NCBI GenBank assembly: GCA_964586735.1
Contig: CAZPIN010000242.1
Location: forward strand, 257-64,256
DNA from: an uncultured Rhodobacterales bacterium
GTDB taxonomy: Bacteria > Pseudomonadota > Alphaproteobacteria > Rhodobacterales > CAZPXZ01
DNA: 64,000 nucleotides
Reading direction: 5' to 3'
Position 1 is the stretch's first letter, and every line of letters begins with the position of its first letter. The position numbers and the translations under genes are program-made. Of this stretch, positions 7,863-18,010 are shown in pieces. Under the pieces are notes generated by a model. The model ran no database searches. It was not told the DNA's origin and was given only the letters and a program-made list of their open reading frames with translations.

Positions 7863-9890
7863 ATGAAACCATCCAACCGCCGCGACGCGGCAGGCAACCG
7901 CCACCGCCGCATGGCGGCCGCGCTTCGGGCGCTGGCCATCGACGCGGTCGAGCGCGCCAAGTCGGGCCATCCGGGCATGCCCATGGGCATGGCGGACGTG
8001 GCGACCGTGCTGTTCGACCGGCATCTGCGCGCCGACCCCGGCCATCCGCGCTGGCCCGACCGCGACCGGTTCGTACTGTCGGCGGGACACGGCTCGATGC
8101 TGCTCTACGGACTGCTCCACCTGACCGGCCACGCGGACATGCCGATGTCGGAGATCAAGGCGTTTCGCCAGCTCGAGTCGCACACCGCAGGCCACCCCGA
8201 GTACGGCCTGGCCCAGGGCATCGAGACCACCACCGGTCCGCTGGGCCAGGGGCTGGCGACGGCCGTCGGCATGGCCATGGCCGAGCGCATGCTGGCCGCC
8301 CGCTTCGGCAGCCGGGTGGTCGACCACCACACCTACGTCATCGCCGGCGACGGCTGCCTCATGGAGGGCATCAGCCACGAGGCCATCAGCCTCGCGGGAC
8401 ATCTGCGGCTGGGCAAGCTGATCGTGCTGTTCGACGACAACCAGATCACCATCGACGGCGCGGTGGAGCTGTCCGACTCGACGCGCCAGATCGACCGCTT
8501 CCGCGCATCGGGCTGGGACGTCTCCAGCGTCGACGGCCACGACCCCGCCGAAATCGACCGCGCCATCACAGCGGCGCGCCGCGCCTCCCAGCCCAGCCTG
8601 ATCGCCTGCCGCACGGTGATAGGAGCGGGCGCGCCCACCAAGCAGGGCACCGCCGCCGCCCACGGTGCCCCTCTCGGCCCCGACGAGGCCGCCGCCGCCC
8701 GTGCCCACTGGGACTGGCCCCACCCTCCATTCCACGTGCCGAAAGAGGTACTCGCCGACTGGCGCAAGGCCGGCCAGCGCGGCGCCGAGCAGCGCAAGCA
8801 GTGGCAGCGCAGGGTGCGGGCCCTGCCCAAGGACGAGCGGACGCGGTTCGCCGCCTGGCTGCGCATGGAGATGCCGGCAAGCCTCGACAAAGAGATGGCC
8901 CGCCACAAGAAGACGCTGATCGACGAGAAACCCAAAATGGCCACCCGCAAGGCCTCGGAGCTGGCGTTGAACGTCGTCAACCGCGAGGTGCACTGGACCA
9001 TCGGCGGCTCCGCCGACCTGACCGGATCCAACAACACCCGCACCGGCGAGCTGCAGGTCTTTGCGGCTGACGCGCCGAAGGGACGGTACGTGCACTGGGG
9101 CGTGCGCGAGCACGCGATGGCGGCGGCGATGAACGGCCTGGCGCTGCACGGCGGCTTCATTCCGTATGGCGGTACGTTTCTGGTCTTCGCCGACTACGCC
9201 AGGCCCGCCATCCGCCTCGCCGCCCTGATGGGGCTGCGGGTGGTGTTCGTGCTCAGCCATGACTCCATCGGCCTGGGCGAGGACGGCCCCACGCACCAGC
9301 CGGTCGAGCACCTGTCGATGCTGCGGGGCACTCCCAATCTCAACGTGTTCCGCCCGGCGGACGCGGTGGAAACGGCCGAGTGCTGGCAGATTGCCCTGCA
9401 GTCCGAGACCACGCCCAGCGTAATGGCGCTGTCGCGCCAGAACCTGCCGACTGTGCGTACCAAGGCGCAGCGCGCCAACCTCTGCGCCCGCGGCGCCTAC
9501 GTGCTGGAGGACTCGACCGAAAGCTGCAAGGCGGTGATCATCGCCTCGGGATCGGAAGTCAGCGTCGCCTTGGACGCCCGCGCACTGCTGGAGAAGGCGG
9601 GAGTACCCGCCCGCGTGGTGTCTATGCCCTGCGAGGAGCTGTTTGCGCGTCAGCCCGCCAGCTACCGGCGCAGCGTCCTGCCCAAAGGACCCGTCCGCGT
9701 GGCGGTCGAAGCGGGCGTGCAGAGAGGCTGGGAGCGCTGGCTGTACGGCGAGGGCGGGTGCGAGGAAAAGGCGGCCTTCGTCGGCATGAAGAGTTTCGGA
9801 GCCTCCGCGCCGGGCGAGGACCTGTACGTGCACTTCAACATCCGCGCCGATTCCGTAGTAAAGGAAGCGAAGCGCCTTCTGGGCAAGTAA
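7863..9890 (+). CDS. tkt: Transketolase
   Basis: '[30 protein letters not shown]', '[13 protein letters not shown]'. ORF 7299..9890 trimmed to ATG 7863. Confidence 0.95.
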   Translation: MKPSNRRDAAGNRHRRMAAALRALAIDAVERAKSGHPGMPMGMADVATVLFDRHLRADPGHPRWPDRDRFVLSAGHGSMLLYGLLHLTGHADMPMSEIKAFRQLESHTAGHPEYGLAQGIETTTGPLGQGLATAVGMAMAERMLAARFGSRVVDHHTYVIAGDGCLMEGISHEAISLAGHLRLGKLIVLFDDNQITIDGAVELSDSTRQIDRFRASGWDVSSVDGHDPAEIDRAITAARRASQPSLIACRTVIGAGAPTKQGTAAAHGAPLGPDEAAAARAHWDWPHPPFHVPKEVLADWRKAGQRGAEQRKQWQRRVRALPKDERTRFAAWLRMEMPASLDKEMARHKKTLIDEKPKMATRKASELALNVVNREVHWTIGGSADLTGSNNTRTGELQVFAADAPKGRYVHWGVREHAMAAAMNGLALHGGFIPYGGTFLVFADYARPAIRLAALMGLRVVFVLSHDSIGLGEDGPTHQPVEHLSMLRGTPNLNVFRPADAVETAECWQIALQSETTPSVMALSRQNLPTVRTKAQRANLCARGAYVLEDSTESCKAVIIASGSEVSVALDARALLEKAGVPARVVSMPCEELFARQPASYRRSVLPKGPVRVAVEAGVQRGWERWLYGEGGCEEKAAFVGMKSFGASAPGEDLYVHFNIRADSVVKEAKRLLGK

Positions 9891-9907
9891 CAGCGAAGGA
9901 GACCGGC

Positions 9908-10921
9908 ATGACCGCTCGCGTAGCAATCAACGGCTTCGGCCGAATCGGCAGGTGCATCCTGCGGGCAATACTCGAATCGGGGCGAGACGACGTGGAGGTC
10001 GTGGCCATCAATGACCTGGGGCCAGTAGACATGAACGCCCACTTGCTGCGTTACGACTCGGTGCACGGGCGGTTTCCCGGCGAGGTCGTAGAGGATGCAG
10101 AGGGAAACAGAATCGTGGCAGGCGGATGCTCCATGCGGGTAACTGCCGAACGAGACCCGGCCAATTTGCCCTGGGACGAGCTTGAGGTGGACGTAGTGAT
10201 GGAGTGCACGGGCATCTTTACGTCCCGCGACAAGGCCGCCGCCCATCTCGACGCCGGCGCCAGGAAGGTGCTGATATCTGCCCCCGCATCCGGGGTGGAG
10301 AAGACCATCGTCTACGGCGTCAACCAGGACGCCCTCGAGGCGGACGACACGGTTGTCTCCAACGCCTCGTGCACCACCAACTGCCTTGCGCCGGTGACCA
10401 AGACTCTGCACGAGGGCATCGGCATCGAGTCGGGCTTCATGACCACCATCCATGCCTACACCGGCGACCAGCCGACGCTCGACACGATGCACAAGGACCC
10501 TTACCGGGCGCGCGCCGCGGCGCAGTCGATGATTCCGACCTCCACGGGGGCTGCCCGCGCCGTGGGCCTCGTGCTGCCGGAGCTGGACGGCCGCCTCGAC
10601 GGCGTCGCCATCCGCGTGCCGACGCCCAACGTCTCCGCCGTGGATTTGAAGTTTGTACCCTCCCGCGACACCAGCGTCGAGGAGATCAACGGCCTGATGG
10701 CGAAAGCCGCCGCCGGCCCCCTCAAAGGAATCCTCACCCTCAGCAATGCGCCCACGGTGTCCATCGATCACAACCACGACCCGCACTCGGCAACCGTCGC
10801 ATCGGCGCAGACCCGCATGGTGGGCGAGCGGCTGGCGCGGGTGTTCGCATGGTACGACAACGAATGGGGCTTCTCGAACCGGATGGCGGACACCGCCGCG
10901 GCCCTCGCAGCAGCTGGCTGA
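9908..10921 (+). CDS. gap: Type I glyceraldehyde-3-phosphate dehydrogenase
   Basis: '[11 protein letters not shown]' and the catalytic '[12 protein letters not shown]'. ATG at 9908. Confidence 0.95.
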   Translation: MTARVAINGFGRIGRCILRAILESGRDDVEVVAINDLGPVDMNAHLLRYDSVHGRFPGEVVEDAEGNRIVAGGCSMRVTAERDPANLPWDELEVDVVMECTGIFTSRDKAAAHLDAGARKVLISAPASGVEKTIVYGVNQDALEADDTVVSNASCTTNCLAPVTKTLHEGIGIESGFMTTIHAYTGDQPTLDTMHKDPYRARAAAQSMIPTSTGAARAVGLVLPELDGRLDGVAIRVPTPNVSAVDLKFVPSRDTSVEEINGLMAKAAAGPLKGILTLSNAPTVSIDHNHDPHSATVASAQTRMVGERLARVFAWYDNEWGFSNRMADTAAALAAAG

Positions 10922-11121
10922 AGTGAGGGCCACTGCACCCCTGATCCAATCTTCGGCGATGTCCGACCTTTCCGCACGGACGGATAGTCTTCACGGCAGC
11001 ACCGTAGCGGCGGACGAATGAGGAAGAGTACGAAGGGGCTTCTGGGGTGCTGCCTCGGCACCCCGATGCGTACCCAAATAGCCTCGACCCGCAGTCGCAG
11101 CGGGATACTGACCGGCAGGTG

Positions 11122-11149
11122 TTGACTGTCTTGAAGAAACTGCTATGCT
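11122..11149 (+). promoter_or_regulatory. Sigma70-like promoter of TA cassette 1
   Basis: TTGACT (11122-11127), a 16-nt spacer, then TATGCT (11144-11149). It is homologous to the element at 12271-12298. Confidence 0.5.
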
Positions 11150-11229
11150 GACTGCCTGAGATTCCGCTGCACCCTATGGGCATCTGTAGCCCTTGGGAGA
11201 ACAGCGCGAACCGAACACGGAGTACAGCC

Positions 11230-11649
11230 ATGTCGAAGAAGCCTGCCGCCGCCCAGAAGAAGAAGTTCGTCTGGGATAGGAGCAAGATGCGCCCCATGAA
11301 GATTTGGGGGCTTGACATGCGGATACCGGAAGTCGCCGCAGAGATCCAGCGTGAAGTCGACGTGCTAGACGGAGTCATAGATAGTGATCCTGAGCGCGAA
11401 AAGTTCGTCGTAGACGAGAGTATGCTACGATCCAGAACGATGTGGGTTCCGGACATGCGCATACCGGAAGTCGCCGCAGAGATCCAGCGTGAAGCTGCTG
11501 TGTTGGACGAATCAGTAGGCAAGGATCCTGAGCTCGAAGAGTTCATGCTTGCAGCTGAAGAAGAAATGGTACGGGATATGTTGGAAGAAGAACGGAGGAT
11601 ACGCGCGAAAAATGAAAAAAGAGCGCAACGCGCGAAGGAAGAAAAATGA
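11230..11649 (+). CDS. DUF3018/MazE-like antitoxin with an internal tandem duplication
   Basis: ATG 11230 follows the SD 'ACGGAG'. 'MRPMKIWGLDMRIPEVAAEIQRE' and 'RTMWVPDMRIPEVAAEIQRE' resemble the DUF3018 core (..RPvqIWVPD.R.P.Fa.E.rRQ). The stop overlaps the toxin start (ATGA). Confidence 0.7.
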   Translation: MSKKPAAAQKKKFVWDRSKMRPMKIWGLDMRIPEVAAEIQREVDVLDGVIDSDPEREKFVVDESMLRSRTMWVPDMRIPEVAAEIQREAAVLDESVGKDPELEEFMLAAEEEMVRDMLEEERRIRAKNEKRAQRAKEEK

Positions 11650-12026
11650 AACGCGGCGATCTCGCAACTGCCGTATTTCAAGGGGAGCATGGCAAACCGC
11701 GCCCTGTTTTGCTTGTACAGGCAGATAATGTCGCACGTAGAGAGTTGATAACCGTGCTTCCGCTTACTTCGAATCTTGAGGATACTTCTGTTTTGAGGCC
11801 GGTTTTGCTCCCCACCAGAGAGAACGGCCTCCGGAAAATATCCCAGGTTGTGATTGACAGGCTGTTTTCGGTTCCCCAAAGGAAGATGGGGCCTGTCTTT
11901 GGACGTCTTGACGCAAATACAATGCGCGAAGTAGATCATTCGCTCGCGACGCATCTAGGCTTGCTTGACGAAAGCGAAAACTTGAACCTACGACGGCCAA
12001 TCATGCACCGGAAGACGGACTTCTGA
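11646..12026 (+). CDS. PemK/MazF-family toxin
   Basis: 'MKRGDLATAVFQGEHGKPRPVLLVQAD...ITVLPLTSNL...RPVLLPTRENGLRKISQVVIDRL' matches the PemK/MazF pattern. Confidence 0.75.
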   Translation: MKRGDLATAVFQGEHGKPRPVLLVQADNVARRELITVLPLTSNLEDTSVLRPVLLPTRENGLRKISQVVIDRLFSVPQRKMGPVFGRLDANTMREVDHSLATHLGLLDESENLNLRRPIMHRKTDF

Positions 12027-12270
12027 GTGATATGCCTGGGGCAGCGCGAGATTCGCTCAGACAATTTGCCGAAACGTGTATTTTGAGGAGACTGTGATTA
12101 TGGACTTGCCTGCCTCCCTATCACGGGCAGATGGCCTTCTCAGCATAGCCGCGGCGGCAGGAGAATGAGAGATGACCCGAAGGGTGTCTTCAGGAAAGGC
12201 AAATTTGGCTATTCGTTAAGTGCACAAAACGCTTCTACCCGCGGCTGCGATAGCGACCAGTACACAGGTG

Positions 12271-12298
12271 TTGACAATCTCTTGGAAGCTGCTATGTT
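12271..12298 (+). promoter_or_regulatory. Sigma70-like promoter of TA cassette 2
   Basis: TTGACA (12271-12276), a 16-nt spacer, then TATGTT (12293-12298). Confidence 0.5.
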
Positions 12299-12378
12299 GA
12301 TCGTTTGACATTCAGCCGCATCCTAGCGCTACTGGACGACCGCGGGAGAGTGGCGCGAAGTGGACACGGAGAACAGCC

Positions 12379-12666
12379 ATGCCGAAGACGCCTGCCGCAT
12401 CTTCCCAGAAGAACAAGTTCGTCTGGGATAAGAACAAGATGCAGCCCAATGCGATATGGGCACCCAACTTGCGTATGCCGGATGTCACCCCTGAGCCCCA
12501 CCGCGAAGCCGTTGCGCTGGATGAAACTTTTGATGATGAATATGTCGATCTCGATAAGCTTGTTCTTGCAGCTCAAGAAGATGTGATGCAGTGTATATTG
12601 AAAGAAGAACGGATGGCACGCGCAAAGAACAAGGAGAAGGCGCGACGCGCGAAGAAAAAAGAATGA
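12379..12666 (+). CDS. DUF3018/MazE-like antitoxin paralog (single motif copy)
   Basis: 'KFVWDKNKMQPNAIWAPNLRMPDVTPEPHREAVALDE' parallels cassette 1. It has the same K/R/E-rich tail 'KEERMARAKNKEKARRAKKKE'. Confidence 0.65.
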   Translation: MPKTPAASSQKNKFVWDKNKMQPNAIWAPNLRMPDVTPEPHREAVALDETFDDEYVDLDKLVLAAQEDVMQCILKEERMARAKNKEKARRAKKKE

Positions 12667-12950
12667 GACTTGGTGATCTTACAGCCGCGGCATTGCCAAG
12701 AGAGTACAGGCTTCTGAAGGACCTACCTAAAGTAGCGTTCGATTCGCTCATGCGATTCTCTAGAATGAGCAAGTACAAGTACCAGCACAGGATTGATACA
12801 AATTTGCAGAAGAGTATTGAGAAGCGGCTTGTCGCATTGGAAGTAGCTCCGTCTCGTGGAGGCAGGTCAAATCGGGGGAGGGCCGCACTCAAAGCTCAAG
12901 TAAACCCGATTTTCGATGCTGTCACACTTGCCCCGACCTTCAGTACCTGA
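12663..12950 (+). pseudogene. Degenerate toxin-position ORF (MazF remnant?)
   Basis: It has the same ATGA overlap as cassette 1. The first codons 'MRLGDLTAA' parallel 'MKRGDLATA', and then similarity is lost. A short patch (12729-12760) resembles the toxin 3' region (11929-11957). Confidence 0.4.
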
Positions 12951-13028
12951 CTGCAGAATGACCGCTGCCAATGCAAATAGAATTGCCACTGCAAACAGTG
13001 CCAATGTTGCACCAGCTAAGCCTCTCAT
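12867..13028 (-). CDS. Possible small membrane protein (53 aa, below the ORF-track cutoff)
   Basis: Hand-translated: 'MRGLAGATLALFAVAILFALAAVILQSGTEGRGKCDSIENRVYLSFECGPPPI'. A strong SD 'GGAGGGG' lies 6 nt upstream of the ATG (13028). It has one predicted TM helix. Confidence 0.3.
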   Translation of the reverse strand: MRGLAGATLALFAVAILFALAAVILQSGTEGRGKCDSIENRVYLSFECGPPPI

Positions 13029-13202
13029 GGCTGTCCCCTCCATTGCTACTCACTGTGCGGGCGCAGGTACATCCCGCTCAGCACATCGACAATAGAGCTG
13101 GCAAGCGGTATGGTCAACAGCCTAGCGCACAAGATGCCCAGATTCCTTTGGGTGTTGCAAATTTGCAACACCACCATTTCTGCTGCGCAGGGCACCGCAC
13201 AG

Positions 13203-14369
13203 TCACCCTGCCCGCTCCATCACCTCCACCGACAGCACGGTGGGAAGATGCCTGGCGATCTCCTGCCATCTTTCCCCCTCGTTCACCGATGCGAAGATAG
13301 ACCCCGAGTTGGTGCCAAAGTACACGCCGGCCGGGTCCCCGGCATCAGCGGCCATCGCCTGGCGCAGCACCGTGAAGTAGCATCCTTCCTGCGGCAGCCC
13401 GCCCCGCTTGGCCTCCCAGGTCTCGCCGCCATCCCTTGATCTCCATACGGCAGCCGCGGCGTCAGGCGGGTACCGTCCGACGCTGTCACCATTGAGCGGC
13501 ACCGTCCAAATCGTGAGCGGGTCGCGTGGATGCACCACGACGGGAAACCCAAACGTCGAGGGCAGCCCTTCGGTGATCTCATGCCAGTTTCGACCGCCGT
13601 CCTCGCTGCGGTAGACGCCATGGTGGTTCTGCTGATAGAGCAGATCGCCTTCCTCCCTAAGCCCCAGCGCCATGCAGTGCACGCAGTAACCGATATCGCC
13701 ATTGACCCCCGCCGCTGGATGGCTGGATACCGGTGCGGAGCTTAATTCGCTGCGCCGGTTTCTGCGTTCCCACGTCGCCCCGCCGTCTTCCGTCGCGAAC
13801 ACGCCCGCCACCGAAATTCCGACCCAGAACCTTCCCGGGTGCCTGGGGTGCGCCACGATGCTATGCAGCGTCAGCCCTGCTGCTCCGGGCTCCCAGTCCT
13901 CTGCCGATGGATGGCCCGTCAGGCTGTCGACCCGCTGCCAGCTCGCACCGCCATCGGACGACTCGTAAAGCGCGGCGGGCTTGGCGCCCGCGTAGATCTT
14001 GCCATTCGCCCTGCCGAGCGACCACAGCGCCACGATCTCCCTGCCAAAGGGCGCCGGCGGCGACCCCTTCAGTCCGATCGCTTCGGCTATCTGTGGATTG
14101 TCCTCGACAAAGGCATCCGACTCGCCGTTGGCGAGTCTGGACAGCGTCCAGCTCTCTCCCCCGTCCATGGACCTCCAGACGCCCGCGCCTTGCCAAGCGC
14201 CGCCGCCAGCGGCCCAGATCTCGCCCGTCTCCGGGTCTCCGATGACATGGTTGATGGGCCAGATGTCGCAGTGCGGACCGTGAAGCTTCCATCGCCAGCG
14301 TCCTTCGTCGCTCCTGAGCAGAAACGCCCCCTTGGTAGTGCCAATCAGCAGCGTCGTCGATGTTGGCAT
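13203..14369 (-). CDS. BNR/Asp-box repeat beta-propeller protein (sialidase/glycosyl-hydrolase-like)
   Basis: Five Asp-box motifs: 'SMDGGESW', 'SSDGGASW', 'TEDGGATW', 'SEDGGRNW', 'SRDGGETW'. A strong SD is present. Confidence 0.8.
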   Translation of the reverse strand: MPTSTTLLIGTTKGAFLLRSDEGRWRWKLHGPHCDIWPINHVIGDPETGEIWAAGGGAWQGAGVWRSMDGGESWTLSRLANGESDAFVEDNPQIAEAIGLKGSPPAPFGREIVALWSLGRANGKIYAGAKPAALYESSDGGASWQRVDSLTGHPSAEDWEPGAAGLTLHSIVAHPRHPGRFWVGISVAGVFATEDGGATWERRNRRSELSSAPVSSHPAAGVNGDIGYCVHCMALGLREEGDLLYQQNHHGVYRSEDGGRNWHEITEGLPSTFGFPVVVHPRDPLTIWTVPLNGDSVGRYPPDAAAAVWRSRDGGETWEAKRGGLPQEGCYFTVLRQAMAADAGDPAGVYFGTNSGSIFASVNEGERWQEIARHLPTVLSVEVMERAG

Positions 14370-14524
14370 TCCCTCCTCCCCTTCTCTCTCGCGTCAGCCT
14401 ATCCGATCATGCCGGCACTCGCCCCTTCCCTCCGCCGACACGGCGACGCCGCACTGCCTGGTTGACAGCCATGGCGGCCATGGGCTAGACTGATTGGAAC
14501 GTTCCAATTCTCGGACAACGATAC

Positions 14525-15520
14525 ATGCGCTGGACACTTGTTGGGGCGAGCACAATCGCTTCCCAGTACGTCATCGCCGCGATTCGCGCCCATGGAGGCG
14601 AGGTCGCCCGCCTCGTCAGCGGCGACGCTAACCGCGCCTGCGACTATGCCGCGTCGCACGACATCGACAAGCACGGCACCGACGTGGCCGAGGCTGTCGG
14701 AGACTCCGACATCGACGCGGTCTACGTCTCCTCGACCAACGAGAAGCACCTTCCCCAGGCCATGGCCGCCATCGAGGCAGGAAAGCATGTCCTGTGCGAG
14801 AAGCCGCTGGCACTGACCCTAGCGGACGCCATCTCCATGGTGCGCGCCGCCGAGTCCGCCGGCGTGGTTTTCGCCACCAACCACCATCTGCGCTGCGCGG
14901 GCAGCCACCACGCCATCAAGCAGGTGGTGGACGAGGGCCGCATCGGCGACGTTCTTTCGATGCGCGTCCACCATGCCGTCCACCTGCCCCCGAATCTGCA
15001 GGGATGGCGGATCGACTCCAAGGCCGCCGGCGGCGGCGTGGTGCTGGACATCACGGTGCACGACGCGGACACCGTGCGGTACATTCTGGGAGAGGATCCG
15101 GTGTCGGTGGCAGCCGAGACCGCCGCCTCGGGCATGGGCCAAGGAGTCGAGGACTCGGCCATGTCCGTTTGGACCTTGCCATCAGGGGCGATGGTGATGT
15201 CCCACGAGAGTTTCACCCATCCCCACGCCGGCAGCGGTCTGCAGGTGCATGGCACCAAAGGGTCGATCATCGCCCGCGGCGTGATGACGCAGCAGCCCGT
15301 CGGCAAGATCATGCTGCGCACCGACTCGGACAAGGAAGACGTGCCGTTTTCAGACCACGGCCTTTACCACTATGCGGTCGGGAGGTTTGCAGCCGCGGCG
15401 AAGGGTGAAGGAACACCCGCCGCGGACGGCTGGGACGGCGTGAAATCCCTCGCCGTGGCGCTCGCGGTGCTCGAAGCCGCGCGCACTGGCACGCGGCAGG
15501 CCGTACAGTACGAGGCGTAG
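14525..15520 (+). CDS. Gfo/Idh/MocA-family oxidoreductase
   Basis: N-terminal Rossmann segment and 'GKHVLCEKPLALTLADA', the family signature. Confidence 0.85.
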   Translation: MRWTLVGASTIASQYVIAAIRAHGGEVARLVSGDANRACDYAASHDIDKHGTDVAEAVGDSDIDAVYVSSTNEKHLPQAMAAIEAGKHVLCEKPLALTLADAISMVRAAESAGVVFATNHHLRCAGSHHAIKQVVDEGRIGDVLSMRVHHAVHLPPNLQGWRIDSKAAGGGVVLDITVHDADTVRYILGEDPVSVAAETAASGMGQGVEDSAMSVWTLPSGAMVMSHESFTHPHAGSGLQVHGTKGSIIARGVMTQQPVGKIMLRTDSDKEDVPFSDHGLYHYAVGRFAAAAKGEGTPAADGWDGVKSLAVALAVLEAARTGTRQAVQYEA

Positions 15521-15523
15521 GGC

Positions 15524-17095
15524 ATGGGAAAGATCGTCGATCCTGCGGCGGCGGCGGCTCGAGTCCCAGACGGAGCAACCGTCACCGTCTCGTCCTCGTC
15601 GGCGCTGGGATGCCCGGACCGGGTGCTGCGGGCCATAGGCGACCGTTTCGCCGCCGAGGGCCATCCAAAGGACATCACCACGCTCCACCCCATCGCCGCA
15701 GGCGACATGTACGGAGTAAAGGGCATTGACCACATCGCCAGGGACGGCCTGCTCAAGCGGGTGCTGGCGGGTTCCTACCCCTCCGGTCCGTCGAGTCTGC
15801 CAATGCCCGAAATCTGGTCGATGATCGTCGAGGACCGCATCGCCGCCTACAACGTTCCGTCGGGGATCATGTTCGACATGCACCGCGAGGCCGCCGCCCG
15901 GCGTCCCGGCGTCCTGACAAGGACCGGCCTCGATACGTTTGTAGACCCGAAGCGCGAAGGCTGCGCAATGACGCCCCGCGCCGCTGCCGACCCCATCGTC
16001 CATCGGGCGGAGTTTGCGGGCGAGACCTGGCTGCACTTTCCCAACATCATCCCCGACGTCTGCATCCTGCGGGCGACCACGGCGGACGAGACGGGCAACC
16101 TCACCTACGAGCACGAGGGCGCCTATCTGGGCGGGCTGGAGCAGGCCATCTGCACCCGCTGCCATGGCGGCGTGGTCATCGCCCAGGTTGCCCGCGTCAC
16201 AAGGCAGGGAAGCCTGCGCCCGCACGATGTCCGCGTGCCGGGGCACCTGGTGGACATGATCGTCGTCGACCCCGACCAGGCGCAGACTACGGAGACCCTG
16301 TACGACCCGGCGATATCGGGCCAGACCGTACGGCCCTGGGCGAGCTTCGACCTTCCGGAGCATGGCGTGGAAAAAGCCATCGCCCGCCGCGCCGCGCTGG
16401 AGATGAAGCGCGGCATGACCGCCACGCTTGGCTTCGGCATCTCGGCGATGGTGCCGCTGATACTGATCGAGGCGGGCCACCCGGAGGCGGTCACCTGGGC
16501 CATCGAGCAGGGCGCCGTCGGCGGCGTGCCGCTGGGGGGCTTCGCGTTCGGCTGCGCCGCCAACGCCGCCGGCTTCGTGCCCTCGCCGCAGCAGTTCGTC
16601 TACTTTCAGGGCGCGGGCTTCGACGCGGCGTTCCTGTCGTTCATGGAGATCGACGTCGAAGGCAGCGTCAACGTCTCGAAACTTGGCAAGAAGCCCTATC
16701 TCACGGCCGGCTGCGGCGGCTTCGTCGACATCACGGCGCGGGCGAAGCGGATCGTGTTCTCCGGATGGTTCGAGGCGGGGGCCAAGGTCGACCTGACCGA
16801 AAGCGGCATCACCGTCGTCCAGCCGGGGCGGCATGCCAAGATGGTGGACAGGGTCGAGCAGGTCACGTTTTCCGGCAGGCGCGCCAGAGAGCAGGGACAG
16901 GACGTCCTCTACATCACCGAGCGCTGCGCCATGCGTCTTGGCGAAGATGGCCTGGTGGCGACCGAAATCATGCCGGGCATCGATCCAGAGCGCGACATCG
17001 TCGCCGCCTCCGGCGGACGGGTGACGGTCGCCGAGAACGCGGTCGAAATGCCAAAGAGCCTTCTCGCGAAGTCTCCGATGGAGCTGGACCTGTGA
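15524..17095 (+). CDS. Acyl-CoA:acetate/3-ketoacid CoA-transferase (YdiF-like, family I)
   Basis: 523 aa. 'KIVDPAAAAARVPDGATVTVSSS', 'LKRVLAGSYPSGP' and the size match fused alpha/beta CoA-transferases. Confidence 0.75.
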   Translation: MGKIVDPAAAAARVPDGATVTVSSSSALGCPDRVLRAIGDRFAAEGHPKDITTLHPIAAGDMYGVKGIDHIARDGLLKRVLAGSYPSGPSSLPMPEIWSMIVEDRIAAYNVPSGIMFDMHREAAARRPGVLTRTGLDTFVDPKREGCAMTPRAAADPIVHRAEFAGETWLHFPNIIPDVCILRATTADETGNLTYEHEGAYLGGLEQAICTRCHGGVVIAQVARVTRQGSLRPHDVRVPGHLVDMIVVDPDQAQTTETLYDPAISGQTVRPWASFDLPEHGVEKAIARRAALEMKRGMTATLGFGISAMVPLILIEAGHPEAVTWAIEQGAVGGVPLGGFAFGCAANAAGFVPSPQQFVYFQGAGFDAAFLSFMEIDVEGSVNVSKLGKKPYLTAGCGGFVDITARAKRIVFSGWFEAGAKVDLTESGITVVQPGRHAKMVDRVEQVTFSGRRAREQGQDVLYITERCAMRLGEDGLVATEIMPGIDPERDIVAASGGRVTVAENAVEMPKSLLAKSPMELDL

Positions 17096-17859
17096 GCGGC
17101 GTTCAGACAGCCTTCGAAAGTGGCGTGGCAGTGATACGCCTCGACAACGAGGCCAAGCTTAATGCCCTGACGATGGACATGCTGCGCGAGATGGAGGACG
17201 CCCTGGACATGGTCGAGCGGGACGACTCGGCCCGCAGCCTCATCGTCACTGGCGAGGGCGGCCGGGCCTTCTGCGCCGGCGCGGACATCAACGAATGGAG
17301 CGAACTCGGTCCGGCGCTGTTTGCCCGCCAATGGATACGCGCCGGGCACCGTGCCTTCGACCGCCTTGCCAGGCTGGCCAAGCCCACGGTCGCGGCGATC
17401 AACGGACATGCCTTAGGAGGCGGACTGGAGCTGGCCGCCGCCTGCGACGTGCGGGTGATGGCGCCGAAGGCGACCCTGGCCCTGCCCGAGGCGAGCGTCG
17501 GCGTGGTGCCGGGATGGTCCGGCACCCAGCGGCTGGCGCGCCTGCTTCCGGAGTCCGTCATCAAGGAGATGGCCCTGTTTGGCAGGCGCGTTTCAGCGGA
17601 ACGGGCATTCGAGCTCGGATTTGCGGCGGAGGTGTCGGACGCGCCGCTTGCGGCGGCGCGGGAAATCGCAGCGAAGGCGGCCGGGCTGTCGCCGCGGGCG
17701 GTGGAAATCTGCAAGCGCATGCACCATGCCGGCGCAAACGAGGACCGCGCCGCTATGATAGATGCCCTTGCATCGGCGGCCATCGCGGCCAGCGAAGACC
17801 ATGCGGAGGGCGTAGCCGCCTTTCGCACCAAGCGGGCTCCGCAGTTTACGGGAGCCTGA
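17092..17859 (+). CDS. Enoyl-CoA hydratase/isomerase family protein
   Basis: GTG 17092 overlaps the upstream stop (GTGA). '[19 protein letters not shown]' and '[19 protein letters not shown]' are crotonase motifs. Confidence 0.85.
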   Translation: MSGVQTAFESGVAVIRLDNEAKLNALTMDMLREMEDALDMVERDDSARSLIVTGEGGRAFCAGADINEWSELGPALFARQWIRAGHRAFDRLARLAKPTVAAINGHALGGGLELAAACDVRVMAPKATLALPEASVGVVPGWSGTQRLARLLPESVIKEMALFGRRVSAERAFELGFAAEVSDAPLAAAREIAAKAAGLSPRAVEICKRMHHAGANEDRAAMIDALASAAIAASEDHAEGVAAFRTKRAPQFTGA

Positions 17860-18010
17860 GCGATGCGCAGCCATCACGCCGCCAGTCGCGGCAAAGGAAC
17901 TTTTTCCGGGGACGTCTCCGCCAACGCGGCGCGGACGCGGTCGGACGAAGCGTTTCGGGAGAGCCCGGAACATCACCCCAGCAAACCACGCAACATCCAC
18001 GGAGGAAACA

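Noticed and set aside
7638-9926. The upper part of the 928-aa minus-strand ORF 7140..9926, and similar very long antisense ORFs (5234..6382+, 15350..16834-, 17846..19324-, 23845..25434-, 36277..37620+, 37843..40278-, 42825..44504-, 49166..50833-, 55044..56351-, 61500..63491+, and the N-terminal 540 aa of 60022..63060-).
   Set aside because: They lie opposite genes with unmistakable family motifs (tkt, ABC, DMGDH-like, gatB, cobS and others). Their sequences are Arg/Gly/Ala/Pro-rich and low in complexity, which is typical of shadow ORFs in high-GC DNA. Only the short terminal parts noted in the feature list look real.
11041-11062. A hairpin 'ggggtgc-tgcctcg-gcacccc' downstream of gap, as a possible intrinsic terminator.
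   Set aside because: The stem is only 7 bp and no U-tract follows, so I cannot support a terminator call.
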